From Octopus vulgaris (lineage: Eukaryota): a DNA stretch of 64,000 bases. This document shows positions 26,369-40,740 of the stretch, piece by piece. Made by a program: the position numbers and the translations under genes. The notes below the pieces were generated by a model. It was not told the origin of the DNA and made no database searches. It worked only from the letters and a program-made list of their open reading frames with translations. The DNA lies in NCBI GenBank assembly GCA_951406725.2, contig OX597815.1, forward strand, positions 21,142,001 through 21,206,000, given 5' to 3'. The number at the start of each line of letters is the position of its first letter. The first letter of the stretch is position 1.

Positions 26369-26978
26369 GGTATATATATACATATATATGCACATTTATA
26401 TGTATATATGTATGTATATATGTATGTATGTTTATATATATGTATGTGAGCATTAGCTTGTTGCAGTTTGAGTGAGGGATTGCGTGATATCAAAGTTAAG
26501 ATTGTTCAAAAGCCAATACTTTACAAGTTTTTATTTTATAGTTCTGTATGTCGATGTGAATACCCCTTCGTCAGGAGAAAATGTAGAATGATGTCGTAAG
26601 TCGACACCATCCTCCGTTTTCTGCAAAACTTAGCAATATAAAATAAAGTGTAAACTGCTGTTCTCTATTCCTATCTTTCAAATTGCATTGATTTGGCCTT
26701 TGAAAAATATTGACTTCGCGCTAGTGCGCGTGTTTGTGTGTGTCTGTGTGTGTGTGTGCGTGTGTGTATTTGTCCGTGTGTATGTGTGTGCATATTATTT
26801 CTAACTCACTGATGAATATACTTCACCAACAACGACTCAAGATACCTTCTATCATGAGAAAATAATTTAGTTTGCCAAAACAGTGTGTGTGCGTGTATGT
26901 TTTGTGTTGTGTGCGTGTATGTATATATATATATATTTGTGTGTGTGTGTGTTTATGTATATGTGCATGTATGTATGT

Positions 26979-27089
<111 letters not shown>

Positions 27090-27090
27090 T

Positions 27091-27187
<97 letters not shown>

Positions 27188-27910
27188 GGCATAAATATAT
27201 ATCATCATCAACTAAGTTTGCCTTTCTAACTGTCCCTTATTATAAAGAACTTTATTAAATACAATACAGAGTTTTATATTAATGACACATTCTTGGCAGC
27301 TTGTTCGATTAATAATTGCTGACACCTTTGCAGAATATACCTATAGATCGTTTCTGGCAAGCACAATATTGTGTAAATTAGGTGCATATAAAGTTATGTT
27401 TATCTTTAAAAGTAGCATTTTGAAGATATTTCTTTGAAATACATTATTTAGAAACAAGCGAAAAAAGACGATAGATATAGGGATATTTGACATTATATAC
27501 AAGGATATAAGACAGAAACAGAATCACGCTCACATTTATTAATGCTGTTAACATCGTTTAGTTATTGGAAAGCACAAAGACCTTATATAGTGATGTCATA
27601 CTTCATTACGATTTTTCAAAAGAAGTCTTCCTTTAATTTAAATTGGAAACATTTCGAATTATAACTAAGAGGAAGTAAACTCTAATATATAATGGTAAGT
27701 CTAAACGGTGACTTTGACAGTGAGTAGTCATAGAGAGTGATCGGGAATAATGAAACACATTACAATAGACTGTAAACCATTGATATTTTACCAAAAAGAT
27801 GTGATTTGAAATTATTATAAACAACTATTTATATCACGTTTCCATTTACTGAATCTCGTTGCACCATTTAATATAAAAATATTTTCCAATTTATTTTGTC
27901 CAATTGTACG

Positions 27911-27983
27911 CATGTTAAATGTAGTGGTCAAGCTGACATGTTAAATGTCAACTTGACCACTACATGTTAAATGTAGTGGTCAG
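27911..27983. repeat. Short combined inverted and direct duplication
   Basis: atgtagtggtcaag...cttgaccactacat is a palindrome, and catgttaaatgt occurs three times. Confidence 0.8.
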
Positions 27984-28336
27984 GTTACAGACAATGTTAT
28001 CTACTATGACATGATTTAACATACAAACACTAAATTGGAACATTCAGTAGTAGTTTTAGTAGTTTTAAATTGTAATCTATCAAGTAGATAATAGTAGATA
28101 TTTAAACTAAATAATATGTCAAGCAAATTCTTGCAATGTCTTCTTTTTCCTATCCATATGATTTTATATATTTTTGTAACTCATCATATTGTTTAATGAG
28201 AATTTTCAAGTTTGTCATTCAAACCTGATGCTCTGAATATGATTTGTTTAATTTTTTAAACCTAAATTAACAGCGGAGAAAGCATCTTCATGAAAGATAG
28301 AATTTATAAACTTTTCTTTTTTTTTTTTTTCTTTAG

Positions 28337-28728
28337 ATGACATAGATGATCTCGAGCATCCAGGTAGCATTTCTGGCGCTGGCGGCAGTGGCGGTCGACT
28401 GTCTGGAGATCTTTACAACCCGGGACAGACCGTAGACCACGAGCCCATTATGGGGCCTGTTCCAATCGTCCCGCCGGGAACCCCTCCGATGGACGGTGGC
28501 TGGGGACATTTCAATGGTTTACGACCAGCCACGCCCTACCTTGGCCGACAATCTCCGAACAACATCCCTATCTCATCACAACAGATGCTTTCCTTGGAGG
28601 CGTTACCTATGCTAACCGGGCCTCCAAATGCATCACGTATGATTCAAGCAGACGTAAACGAAAATTCCCAACAAGGTTATATCGAATATCCACCAGCTTC
28701 CACACAGAATCATGTGGAAGTTTACTAA
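28337..28728 (+). CDS. Lhx3/4: Lhx3/4 terminal coding exon (Gly/Pro/Ser-rich C-terminus)
   Basis: A long poly-T tract and ctttAG acceptor (28335-28336) precede a GC-rich island. The phase-1 join A|AT gives an open frame NDIDDLEHPGSISGAGGSGG...YIEYPPASTQNHVEVY ending at TAA 28726-28728, in frame with the supplied ORF 28450..28728. Confidence 0.88.
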
Positions 28729-29499
28729 AACCATAAACATTATAAACATACCAAATAACTTATGAAAATAAATTGAACCACGAAACAAACAGAAAATATA
28801 TAGAAAGGGATCAATATGTGAATCAAGTATGCGAATATGTGCATCAAAACTAAGGCTAACAATATATAGCAGATATATGGAATCTGATATAATAAATTGA
28901 ATTATAATAAATAAATGGAAACAGAGAACTAAAACTCTTTAACAAACAGAAAATATATATTGTAAAAACAAACTTTTATTGAAAGTTGATATAACGCTAA
29001 ACCGTGAACTCACCGACAAAGAACGTGAAAATGCACATTAAATTTTGACGCTATGTAGAGTGCATAGAAAGAAGAATAAAAGCATGCTCATTTATAACGA
29101 AATAAACTTGTAAGTTCGAGTATATTTAAGATTCTTAATGACGTTTCAAAACGGTCATATAGAAAAAAATCAAAAAAGTAAAGCTTCTGCCCAACGGTTT
29201 TCACAAAAGATGCCGTTGGAGCAAGCAGTGGTACATTTTTTAATGTCATCCCCGACATATATATGTGTGTCTCTTCCAGGTTTTGATTCATATTGTCTGT
29301 TTCCGGCAATATATTGTATGATAAGTGTGACACAGATTTCTGTCTAATTACTTACATATACATACATATATATATACATACATACACGCACACATATATA
29401 AACACGCTTCACAAAACCACACGTGTATAAACATATACATTGCATTATGTATAGATATATGTATGTATATGCGTATCTATCTATATGTATGCGTGTATG

Positions 29500-29559
<60 letters not shown>

Positions 29560-29574
29560 TGCATGCGTATATAT

Positions 29575-29621
<47 letters not shown>

Positions 29622-29731
29622 TGCATGCGTATATATACACATACATATACATATGCATATACATATACATATACGTACATGCGTTATGTATTTATGTATA
29701 TGCGTTAACCATTTATATACATATATACATT

Positions 29732-29795
<64 letters not shown>

Positions 29796-30264
29796 TGTAT
29801 GTATGTGTGTGTGTATGTATGTATGTATGTATGTATGTATGTATGTATGTATGTATGTATGTATGTATGTATATATGTGTATATAACACGACAGCTAATA
29901 AAGTTTTGTGATGCATAATCACGAGGAATGTTACTTACAGTGGTATATAATCAAAAGTCGAATGCGTCTAGAATATTTACTCTTAGAAATTCCGAAATGA
30001 AATAACTTCTATGATAATATATTTGGAAGCTTTACCATTAAAAACCATTCGGTAATTCAGAGATTTTGTGTTCAATCTCACTTCGAATAATCAGTACCGT
30101 CATGTCTTTGAGATTATGACTTTATCAAAGTTTTTGTTCAAATATTTACACGTAATCTATTATTTAATTATGAGTACATAGACTACTTAAATAGATATGC
30201 ACAAATACATAAATACTTCTGTACGATGATATGTATTATATATATATATATATGTGTGTGTGTG

Positions 30265-30306
<42 letters not shown>

Positions 30307-30456
30307 CATACATACATTCATTTATATATGCATATATATACACACATATACATATGTGTACGTGCATGTATACATACATCCAAATGAATATATATATATA
30401 TATATTTAATATATACATACATTCAGGTATATATATATATCAATAAACACTGTATG

Positions 30457-30512
<56 letters not shown>

Positions 30513-30600
30513 AATATATTATACATATTATATACATGTGTTGGGTACATGTATGTATGAATGTATGTATGCGGGGGGGGTGATCGTATTCACATTACTA

Positions 30601-30663
<63 letters not shown>

Positions 30664-31453
30664 GCATACATACGTACGTACGTGTACATACATATATTTG
30701 ACAAATTACATAACACTGAAAGAAGAAAATATATGAATCCTTATAAACAAGCTGTGCATCCGATACAAAATATTGAGGAATATAGTAAACGTTAACACTC
30801 AACACTCATAAAACGTGTATCTTTAAATGAATTTGTACATGTGAAATGCAAAACATCAACATTAAGATATATAGGGAAAAAAGGTTAATTTAACAAGTTA
30901 TCACGTGGTGGGATTCCAGTCAACATTTCTCGAAGCATCGGCGTACATTTTACTGGAATATGTTAATGGTCTCTCGGTATTTTCCAGCCCCGTTACAAAC
31001 AAATAAATTATGCCACACTAGTTCACATCGCTTTTCGTTTTCCTGCTGCAGCTGGTACAATAATTTATTATATGTACGTGTACATGTATACGTAAGTGTA
31101 TATGCATGTATGCATGCATATGTATATGTGTACGATGACGATCCATTTTTGAAGCTTTTTGCTCTTCGGATGTCCCACCAATTTCTTTGTTAAAGCCATG
31201 AAGAGATCAAAACCTATTTACTCCGCTTATAATAATCGCAAGATAAATGTCAGTTTTGAGAGGGCCACGCGGTACCCACAAGCGTACCTTTCTTTGTACT
31301 CTATTACAATGAGTAGGCGAGATACGTCGGAATACAGATTAAATAATGTTTTGGAGAAGGCTGTTTTTAAGAGAGCATACATACACAGACACACATACAC
31401 ACATAGACATACACACGTATGTGTGCACATGTGTGTGTGTATATGTGTGAATC

Positions 31454-31532
<79 letters not shown>

Positions 31533-31630
31533 GTGGCGTGTGTGATTTCACGTTAACGTGCGGTAATGAATATAAAATATTTAAGGCATTTACAATCATT
31601 AAATAAAACAGAAACATAGATAGAGAACAG

Positions 31631-31696
31631 GGTCACTCGCAGGACTCGAACCTAGGCGACCGCGTTACCGATTATGCCAAACAAACTCTGGCGCCT
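31631..31696 (-). other. tRNA-derived remnant (A and B boxes, no full cloverleaf)
   Basis: The minus strand has tggcataatcggt and ggttcgagtcc, but they are too close together for an anticodon arm. Confidence 0.4.
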
Positions 31697-32960
31697 CCTA
31701 TAAGTATTTATATAACAAAGCGTGATCATCCAGACTACAGTACTTAAGACCAGGCCTTGAGATCACTGGGTGACACTGTTTGCTTCTCTGTTGTAGACAA
31801 GTAATTGTAAACATCTTGTGTGTGTGTATGTGTATGTGTATGTGTGTGTGTGTGTGTGTGCGTGTAAGCGCGTGCGTAGGTGTGTGTATCTGTGTATATG
31901 TGTTTGTGTATGTGTGCGTGTATACACTCACTTTTTACCTTGGTAGTTGTTTAACGATTTGCTTTGTTATTACAAATTATTGCAATCAGATTTTGCTCAA
32001 CTACTTGGAGATTTTTCAACGATGTTGGAAAGATATCCTGGAGAAAAATCAGAGGAAATACAGAGATCTCATAATTATAAGGAGAGTTTTATAGAAAGAC
32101 AAGGAATCTAAAGATATTTATACTGAAAAAGCCGGTCATACATTATAGCACGGTTACTCATACATATACTTACAAGCATATCAATACACATGTCATATAT
32201 GTATACACATATGCTTGTATATGTATATATATTTATGTATATAAATGCATACACGACACATGCATACATATGTGTGCGTGTATGTCTCCAATGTATATAT
32301 ATATATGAGTGTGTGTGTGTGTATGTGTCGGGGACATGTATACATATGTACGTACATACAAGTATATATATATATAGATATATACATATAATTATATAAA
32401 TATAGATATATGCATACATATATACACATATATACAGGCGTAAATAACATGCATATATGTATATATATATATATCAGTATTCAGATACGTATATCCTTTA
32501 CAAACACTGAAACACACATGCACACAAACACACACTTAAAATATTAGAGAATATAAATGTTTCAGAATTGATCTATAAAAGCATTACCAGAAAACCATTA
32601 CGTTGTTTTTATGTTGACTCTGGTCTAAAATTAAATGTTTTGAAGATTTACAAGCAGTTGTGACACAAACGACCTGGGATAATCTTCTGCTGAAATGCAA
32701 ACCATGGAAGAGGCAGTTTTGAATAGAAAGATTGAGTTTGTCATCATTATGCGAATGACTGAATAAAATTTCAAATTTGTAATTGTGTGGCTGGAGGCCC
32801 TGATGGAATTTAAAGAAAATTAATACATATTTCTGTAAAAAAAAAAAATGTTCATGAAAGTGTTTCAAGTGAAAAGTAACTGGAATTACCAATGAAAAAT
32901 ATGATATATATATATATATCATAAACACACACACATAGTGATATATATCATATACATACA

Positions 32961-33025
<65 letters not shown>

Positions 33026-33099
33026 AGATACATACATAAAGAAATAGATAAATATATGTATATGTATGAATACATTTATATATATATATACATACACAC

Positions 33100-33188
<89 letters not shown>

Positions 33189-34273
33189 TGCAGATTTTGG
33201 AGTACAAACTGGTGGAAGACTACTGGACATATTAATATTGGCATTGTTGATATAGTCGTTGTATAGGTTAAAATACCGTTACTCGGAGTTTCCCACCAAT
33301 CGATGGATTGTATAATACAATCAATGGATTGTATAATTGTTCGGAACAAGTTGGGTTCATATTGAGTATATCCGCTATCACTGCGAATTGATACAATGAA
33401 CGCAGTTCACTTAGAGAATCACGAGTATAAGCGCATAGTTTACCTTATATGAGCATTAAAGTTTCCGTGTCTAACTATTTAAATAAAATACCTACTAAGT
33501 AGCAGGCAAAGTTCATAGGTAAACAATAGAATGTATTAGGAGCGAAACTTATTATTGGGAGTCGTCCTTAGACTAAGTTAATGTGATGGATGAGATCAAA
33601 GAATAATAGAAGTAGAGTTAGAGTTTAAGAATAGACGTATTATCAATTAATGAACAAGGTTACTGAGTAAAAAAGAACGTTACTATTTGATTATCAGTAT
33701 GATCCAGTAGTTGTGCGAAGCTATAGAAGTTAACCATCACCGATTTGAACAGGTAATTTTTGAATAAGCTCTAGCAATCTCCTCACTCAGTAACCCTGTT
33801 ATATCATCATGCATCTTTTCTTAATATTTGGAAATTGATATCATCACGAGATTGAACGTTAGATATCTCCCTTGATCCGTTTCATCATATTGATTCTGTC
33901 TGCGATAATCCAACTGTAATTTCCTTGTCCTGAGACTTTTTTGTTTACCTTGGGACACTTCGCGCCAAATGACTGGTAGTTTACTTAGTCGTATGCGTTA
34001 TCCGAAATACTAATATAGGGGAAAACAACCTTAATATCATGTGACCTAATAGATCCCATGTAAATATTTGGCTTAGCTTTCCATCTGTAAGAAAAAAAGT
34101 GCACTATACGGTTGATTGCATTATTGTAATTCGCACCAGGAAACTCTAAGTAAAAATTTAAACCTAAACCAGGACTATATCAACATCTGTACTTCACTCC
34201 ACGTCTCTCTTTCGTATTTTTTTTTCATTAAATTCTTGTACATCATATCTGCATATATATCCATATATCCATA

Positions 34274-34344
<71 letters not shown>

Positions 34345-36373
34345 GCGCATATGTATATATTCATATATATATATATATTTACATGTATATATGTATATAT
34401 ATATGTACATAAGAATATATATATGCACATGTGTGTGTGTGTGTGTGTGTGTGCAGGCGCGTACCATATTTGTTTCAGTGGATTGAGTTTCTGTCGGCTC
34501 TGAGCAAATATATCTCGCATCGAAGCGGTCAGCAAACGAGGCATTTCGGAGACACGAATTACCTTTACTACAAAATGAATCTAAATTAGATCAACATTTA
34601 GTTTTTCAAAACTATAGTATTTATATATTGCGAAGATACATGCAACATTCAAATACAAATAAACAATAGAAATAGTAGTCAAATGTATTATAATTTTGTT
34701 CAGATGGATAAAATATGAGACTAAAATACGTACTGTATAAAATATACAAGCATTCATAAACGTATTCATAGTGAAGTTTTATATGAATGTGTGAGATTTG
34801 CTGGTTGCATCCACAAACGTAACTATATCACAGATACTTTTACATTTAAGCTCCACTATCATATGAAATATATTATACATTCTAAACAGTGATGATTTTA
34901 TACCTCACTTCCCGTTCCTCACCAATGAGATCAGAATGTGAATCTCAGCTGTACTCTGTGATAGATCCTGCATCCACTGCTCAGATTACCTTGTCTTGTT
35001 GTATTAACATTCGGTCATACATACTCGTAAGTGCAGACATAGATAATTATTAAATTATATGCATATATTAACATACATTTATGAAATATATAAATATAAA
35101 CTTGGAAAAAAACAGAACGAATGAACTCTAATCGTAAATTATCGTTAAAAAATCCTTCTTTTTTTTTACTACTTGTTTTGTTCTTCTCACCCCTCACGTC
35201 TTCCCCCCCTATTTATTTGTCGTCGTCCTCGTCATCTAATTCCTCTTCAAATAATGTCAGTTAAATCATTGATAGTGAATTACAATTGAAATATTTTACT
35301 TTTAGAATTTAAAGATACTCAACATTCATACCAGGAATTAAGGAAATATTTCTCAAGTTGTTATATATAGAAGCTTTGTGTGTACGAATGTTCCGTATGA
35401 TTTTTCTGTATATTTTGGGTGTTTGGGTTGACACGAAGTAAGCAAATGCTTATTTATGTGTACTTGACTATACGAAAGTATTTATGTATTAAAATTTTTA
35501 GTTAATAAAAATCAGATTTCGTATATATTTTCTTTCTTTTGTATTATTTATTTAAATTTTTCTAACCCTTTACTTTCTTCGTATTGGAATAAGACATTAC
35601 TTATCACTTAACACTTGGGTACTCCAGCTCACAAAAGCGAACATCATTTAATATAGCCGCATCTACTCGTTACGCTTCAATGCTAACTCCATAGTGAATC
35701 CCATCAAGTTCGTTTCCAGGCATTACTGGTTGACTACGACTTTGTTTGCCGGAGTTAGGCTGCAAAAGTAACGTGAGCTGGCTATTCAGATTTAATTTGT
35801 AGCTGAGTTCTGGGGACGGAAATCTATCGACATATATACAATTAGAAAATAAATGAATTCCATAAACTTTGCAAAAGCTTCTCTTAATAAACTGCACTTC
35901 TAGTGAAATTTATGAATGAAATGTCAAACTATAGTTACGTAATATCATGTGCTGGAAAAGAGTGATTTAAATTTACTGATAATAAATTCCAGATACCTAT
36001 AGATTCTACTAATTCAATAGTCAAATCTACTAGCTATAAGAGTCAAATCTCCCCGGTTAGTACTTAGATAGGCTAAACAACTCAGTAACAATATATTCCA
36101 AGAATATGTAAGTCTGGTTGCATAGGAACTAATAAGAACCAGAATCGTGGTACTGGCTTTCTCTAAGTAAATGTTTAATCATAACTTATAGATGCAAACG
36201 AAATATATGTTTATGCTTCAGTGTGTGCAGAACTGGCTGTGTGTGCAGAACTGACTATCTTGTGTGTATTTTGTAATTAATATTGCCAAACCCATATTAG
36301 CAGAGATTAAATATTAGTTTTCTACATAGATTTCGATGGAAACTATGTAGTCTTAACTATACTAAGGTGAATC

Positions 36374-36550
36374 TGTTTCTTTATTACCCACAAGGGGCTA
36401 AACATAGAGGGGACAAACAAGGACAGACAAACGGGTTAAGTCGATTACATCGACCACAGTGCGTAACTTTGAACTCAGAACGTAACGGCAGACGAAATAC
36501 GGCTACGCATTTCACCCGGCGTGCTAACGGTTCTGCCAGCTCGCCGCCTT
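36374..36550 (-). mobile_element. SINE-A1 with ~56 bp internal deletion and a perfect TSD
   Basis: cttaactatactaaggtgaatc is repeated at 36352-36373 and 36548-36569. The central gtcgac/catcctttcgggg block is missing at ~36468. Confidence 0.92.
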
Positions 36551-37205
36551 AACTATACTAAGGTGAATCATGACACTTAAGTCGTTTGATTCACCCATCC
36601 TCTTCAGTTATTTGTTTTTATAGTTTTTGCTTTGACTGAAAATATAATTTATTGCATCTCTAAACATATACATATACAAATATTTGTTTCAAATTTAAGC
36701 AAACTTCCAGCAACTTTCTGGGCATTAAAGTAGCTGATTAAATAAAGTATACAAGTGAAAGGCTTGACTGGCATTTTATCTTATCGACCCCTAAAAGGTT
36801 AAAGGCAAAACTGATTTTTACTAGGATTTAAACTCAGTGTAAAGGGCCTGAACAAATGTTGCCGCAGACTTTTTTCGATTCTGCCAATTTACTGTTCTTT
36901 ATTATGCAAGCAATAAAATATAGATTACTAAGTAAACGATGGCATCCCAGCATGACCACAGCTAAATAGCTGAAATCATTAGACGAATAAAGGAATAAAA
37001 GAACAAAGCTTCTGATTATCAGGGAAGAATAATAAATAATAGTAAGATGTGAATTATTTCAAGTTATATAAAATATATTTAACTTGAAAGGAAAATCGAG
37101 TTAAATATGCGCCAGAAACCTATTTTTTCCATGAAGCTCCCACATGAAATATACTTTCATGCAGCTTTTACCTGGATTTTTATAGAACCCTCACCACACA
37201 CACAC

Positions 37206-37293
<88 letters not shown>

Positions 37294-38263
37294 ATACATA
37301 TATACACATATATACACATACAAACATTTGTTCTCTGTCACCAATGGCTTTTTGGGTCCAACAAGGTTTTTGAAGAAAAGCAGTTAACTAATGGATTTTT
37401 GTCTAAACACAAAATCTCACACGTGAGGGAAGGAGATACAGTCAATTGAACAGAACTCAGGAAAAGTGTGGTACTATTTTACTATTTTATAGCTCAAACA
37501 AGACGAAAACATAAAATTCCCCACTCCACCAAAGCATGAATTAATTATAATATATGGGGAAAAATGAGAAAATTTAATCTTGACTGATTTTTAACTCCTA
37601 TAGGTCAATTTCTTATAAAGAATTTTAAACTGCGCTGATTAAAATTACATACATGACTAAGTAGATGAAAGATTGCTATAAAGCATCATTTATATCGGTT
37701 TCGTATTTTTTAAAGGATGTTTATGAAACAGAAGAAAGATTCGGAGGCAACACCCAGGGAAATTCTAAACGAGATACAAAATAATAGCTGAATGTTCCAT
37801 TTTCTTTAATGCAGATAAATATGAATGCAATCTTATTTCTTTCCTCAAAGATGATAGAATGCCGGTTCCACCATTCGTGAAATAAATTAAATAATATTTC
37901 AAAATAGAATTTAGAATAATCTTTTATTTTCAACTAATTTGTGCTTAAAACGTTGATTTCGGTCAGACTATAAAAGACAGTTCTTGCAAAAACTCAACAC
38001 AAAGACAGTTCTTATGAAACTAGGATCTCTTACGTTGCCACAAAGGGCAACAAATTTATAGAAAATTAGTATTATCCATTGACTGAAACTTCAATATATT
38101 ACTGGAACTTTATTTTATGAATCTTGGAAAGATGGAAGCCAAAATTGATCCCAGTGAGATTTGAACTCAATAAAACGTTACTAAACACCGCAAGATATTT
38201 TGCCCAGTGATCTACCGATTTTGTTATAGAACTTATAAAACAGTTATCTGTCTTTCAGTACTG

Positions 38264-38368
38264 GGAGTGACATGGCACTCCACAAAGTAATACAGCGTCT
38301 TTCTAAGTAACATGGCGCCTTACTGAGTAACATGGTACTTCAATGAGTAACACGACGCCTAATCGAGT
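38264..38368. repeat. Degenerate ~20 bp tandem repeat (about 5 units)
   Basis: Recurring gagtaacatggcgccttact-like units. Confidence 0.65.
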
Positions 38369-40299
38369 TTGGATGTAACCTTCTGAAATTATAGTATTAA
38401 TGTAACAGAATATCTAAATTGATTTATGTGAGGTGAGAGAGGTAAACCCAAAATAATCAAATTCATGGACTATAAAGTTTGATGAAAATAAATTACCATA
38501 ATAGATACAATAAAATAGTATCAGTGACCATATCGCAAGTGTATATTACTTAGTAATATATTATTATTATTTAGCAAAATAATACAATAAATGGGGATAC
38601 AATCGTGTGTGTCTTAATGATCACAATGTTTCTATCATTTAATCCTCTTTGTTCAAACACATAATTTCAGACTAAATCGCTTACGAAGCAAGTAAAACTC
38701 GAACATATCTATAAACCTTAAGCATAAAATAGAGTCAAATCTGGCATAGATATTATAAGAAAAATTTGACAAGAACTTTTTACCTCCTTAATTCTCTAAA
38801 ATAGTATAATTAAGAATTTACTAAGGGATTCAATTCAGTTTCAATCTCAACTAGTTTTAATATTTTCATGATATTTGGATACAAGTGTTCGTAGAAATGA
38901 AAATGACAAGTCTGTTTTAACTTTTAAGTCATTTATGATCTGACAGATACTGGTAAAATTATACTTCACTGAGTAAACCGAAACATGTCCAGAACTGTAA
39001 CCCAAACGACTGGTTCAATATTCCCTCAATATTGCCCCAATCAATGTTTCTCCCTAACATTTCTTGCGTATAAATCATAATTAAAGCTAATGATTTTCTT
39101 CTTTACTTTGGTTGTAACTTTAATTAACTAAAAGATGTTAGGCCTACTACACTAAATGTTTAAGCCCCATCCTATATTATTAGTATAACGATGCAGACCA
39201 TTACTAGTGTCTTTGAATTCTACTGTTTCACTATCATTAGTATACTTAAACAAGTTATACCTTTGTGGCAAAATCTTATTTAAAAGAAATTTAAAAAAAA
39301 AAAGACATTGTGAATATTGATGATTATCCACCTAAACTGTTGCAGGTTGATGGAGGAAACATTGAAATATGGCAACTCAATGAGGGGAAAAAAGAACGAT
39401 TAAGTTATGTATTCAATGTACTGAGAGTGACTAAGGAATCAGGGATTACTGTTTCCAAGTTATGATTTCCTAGGAACTGTAGAGTCGGTAATAAATATAA
39501 TTTCTCTTTTTTTTTATCACTTAGTCAGTTTAAAAAAAGCCAGCACCCATGACCTTTTTTGCAGGACGTCTGAAACTTGTGGGGGAAATGGAAGAACAGT
39601 TTATGACTCATTGGTTAATCTCAGGCCGGAGACTTGGTTCATTTACGTACCAGAAAAGTGGACTCCGTTAAAGGTACCAATAACCAGGTTAAAGTACCGA
39701 CGAATTAAAACCACTACCGAAAACAATATATACAGTTTCCGTTTATCTAATTTCTCTCAATGTATTCGGGTCAACACAAGCCTATGGCAGAAGACCTTTG
39801 TTTCAGGTAAGCTCGAATATGAAATTACGTTATTATTGCGAAGCGAACTTCTAATTCACATATTTATGGGTTTTAATTTATATTTGACATTAATATGTTT
39901 TGTACTATCGCGTATATATGAGTCAATGTGTAATCATGTACACCAGAAAGTCAAAACGTTATTGCTTTTCAACCAGAGACTCTGCATGCATAAGAAATAC
40001 CAGTGATCAATTTGATGTTGCATTAAGTATCATAGAAGGAGCTGAAGTCTGCGATCTAACTCAATAATTCATCCAAGACAAACTTAGGTCTAGATTTAGC
40101 ATCTTAGACATAGCATAAACGGACTTAATCTAGATAAAATAAGAAAAGAATTAGTTCTTTTTTAAAGAATTAGAGCTTGACAATATAGTAACTGCAAATA
40201 TTGCCATATTTATATCCCAATACATATCGAAAACAAAATGGAAAGCTCATATACATCGCAAAAGTTCCGTATCTGCAACATAATCTAGTTCAACCATAA

Positions 40300-40740
40300 C
40301 ATCCCCAGTGTGAACCCTGGTATTCCTAAGAATTGTTTAAATCTGATTCAGAAGCGTTTCCAACAGAGCATAAATATTTGAAGCAATTTAACCGGCAAAA
40401 TTTTAAGTGCCATAGTTCTATTGTGAATATTGTCAGCATCATTGAAAATTACCGTCAACCATCAACTTCAAAAACACGTAAATTAATCTCATAATCATTT
40501 ATCACCAAACTAATAATGGAGAAAGGGAGGTAAATGCAATTGCCAGTTAGAGAATTATGCCTCTTCGGTAATTTATGCACAGTTCTAATTTATCGAGTTA
40601 CTACGGTGCGTGCAAGGGTAATTTCAGAGCAAGTACTTAAACTGTAAAAAAGTAAACAAAAGAAAAGACAAAAGAAATACCAGAACATTATAAAACAACA
40701 CAAGGTATTTGAAAGATAATGGCATTGACAATTTTAAAAT
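40300..40740 (+). mobile_element. Possible Penelope-like GIY-YIG remnant
   Basis: KCNCQ / ELCLFGNLCTVLIYRVT (frameshifted) resembles the PLE CNC....CPL.G.C...VIY motif. Confidence 0.4.

Noticed and set aside
26540-26830. Further hammerhead cores (ctgacga on minus, ctgatga on plus)
   Set aside because: There is no correctly placed GAAA, stem III or cleavage triplet.
31631-31696. Functional tRNA gene
   Set aside because: A and B boxes are present, but there is no room for an anticodon arm and no convincing acceptor stem.
32585-33960. Possible additional transposase or PLE remnants
   Set aside because: Too degraded to assign any motif with confidence.
36461-36475. Spliceosomal removal as the cause of the SINE internal deletion
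   Set aside because: The missing segment does not have GT...AG ends on the SINE strand.
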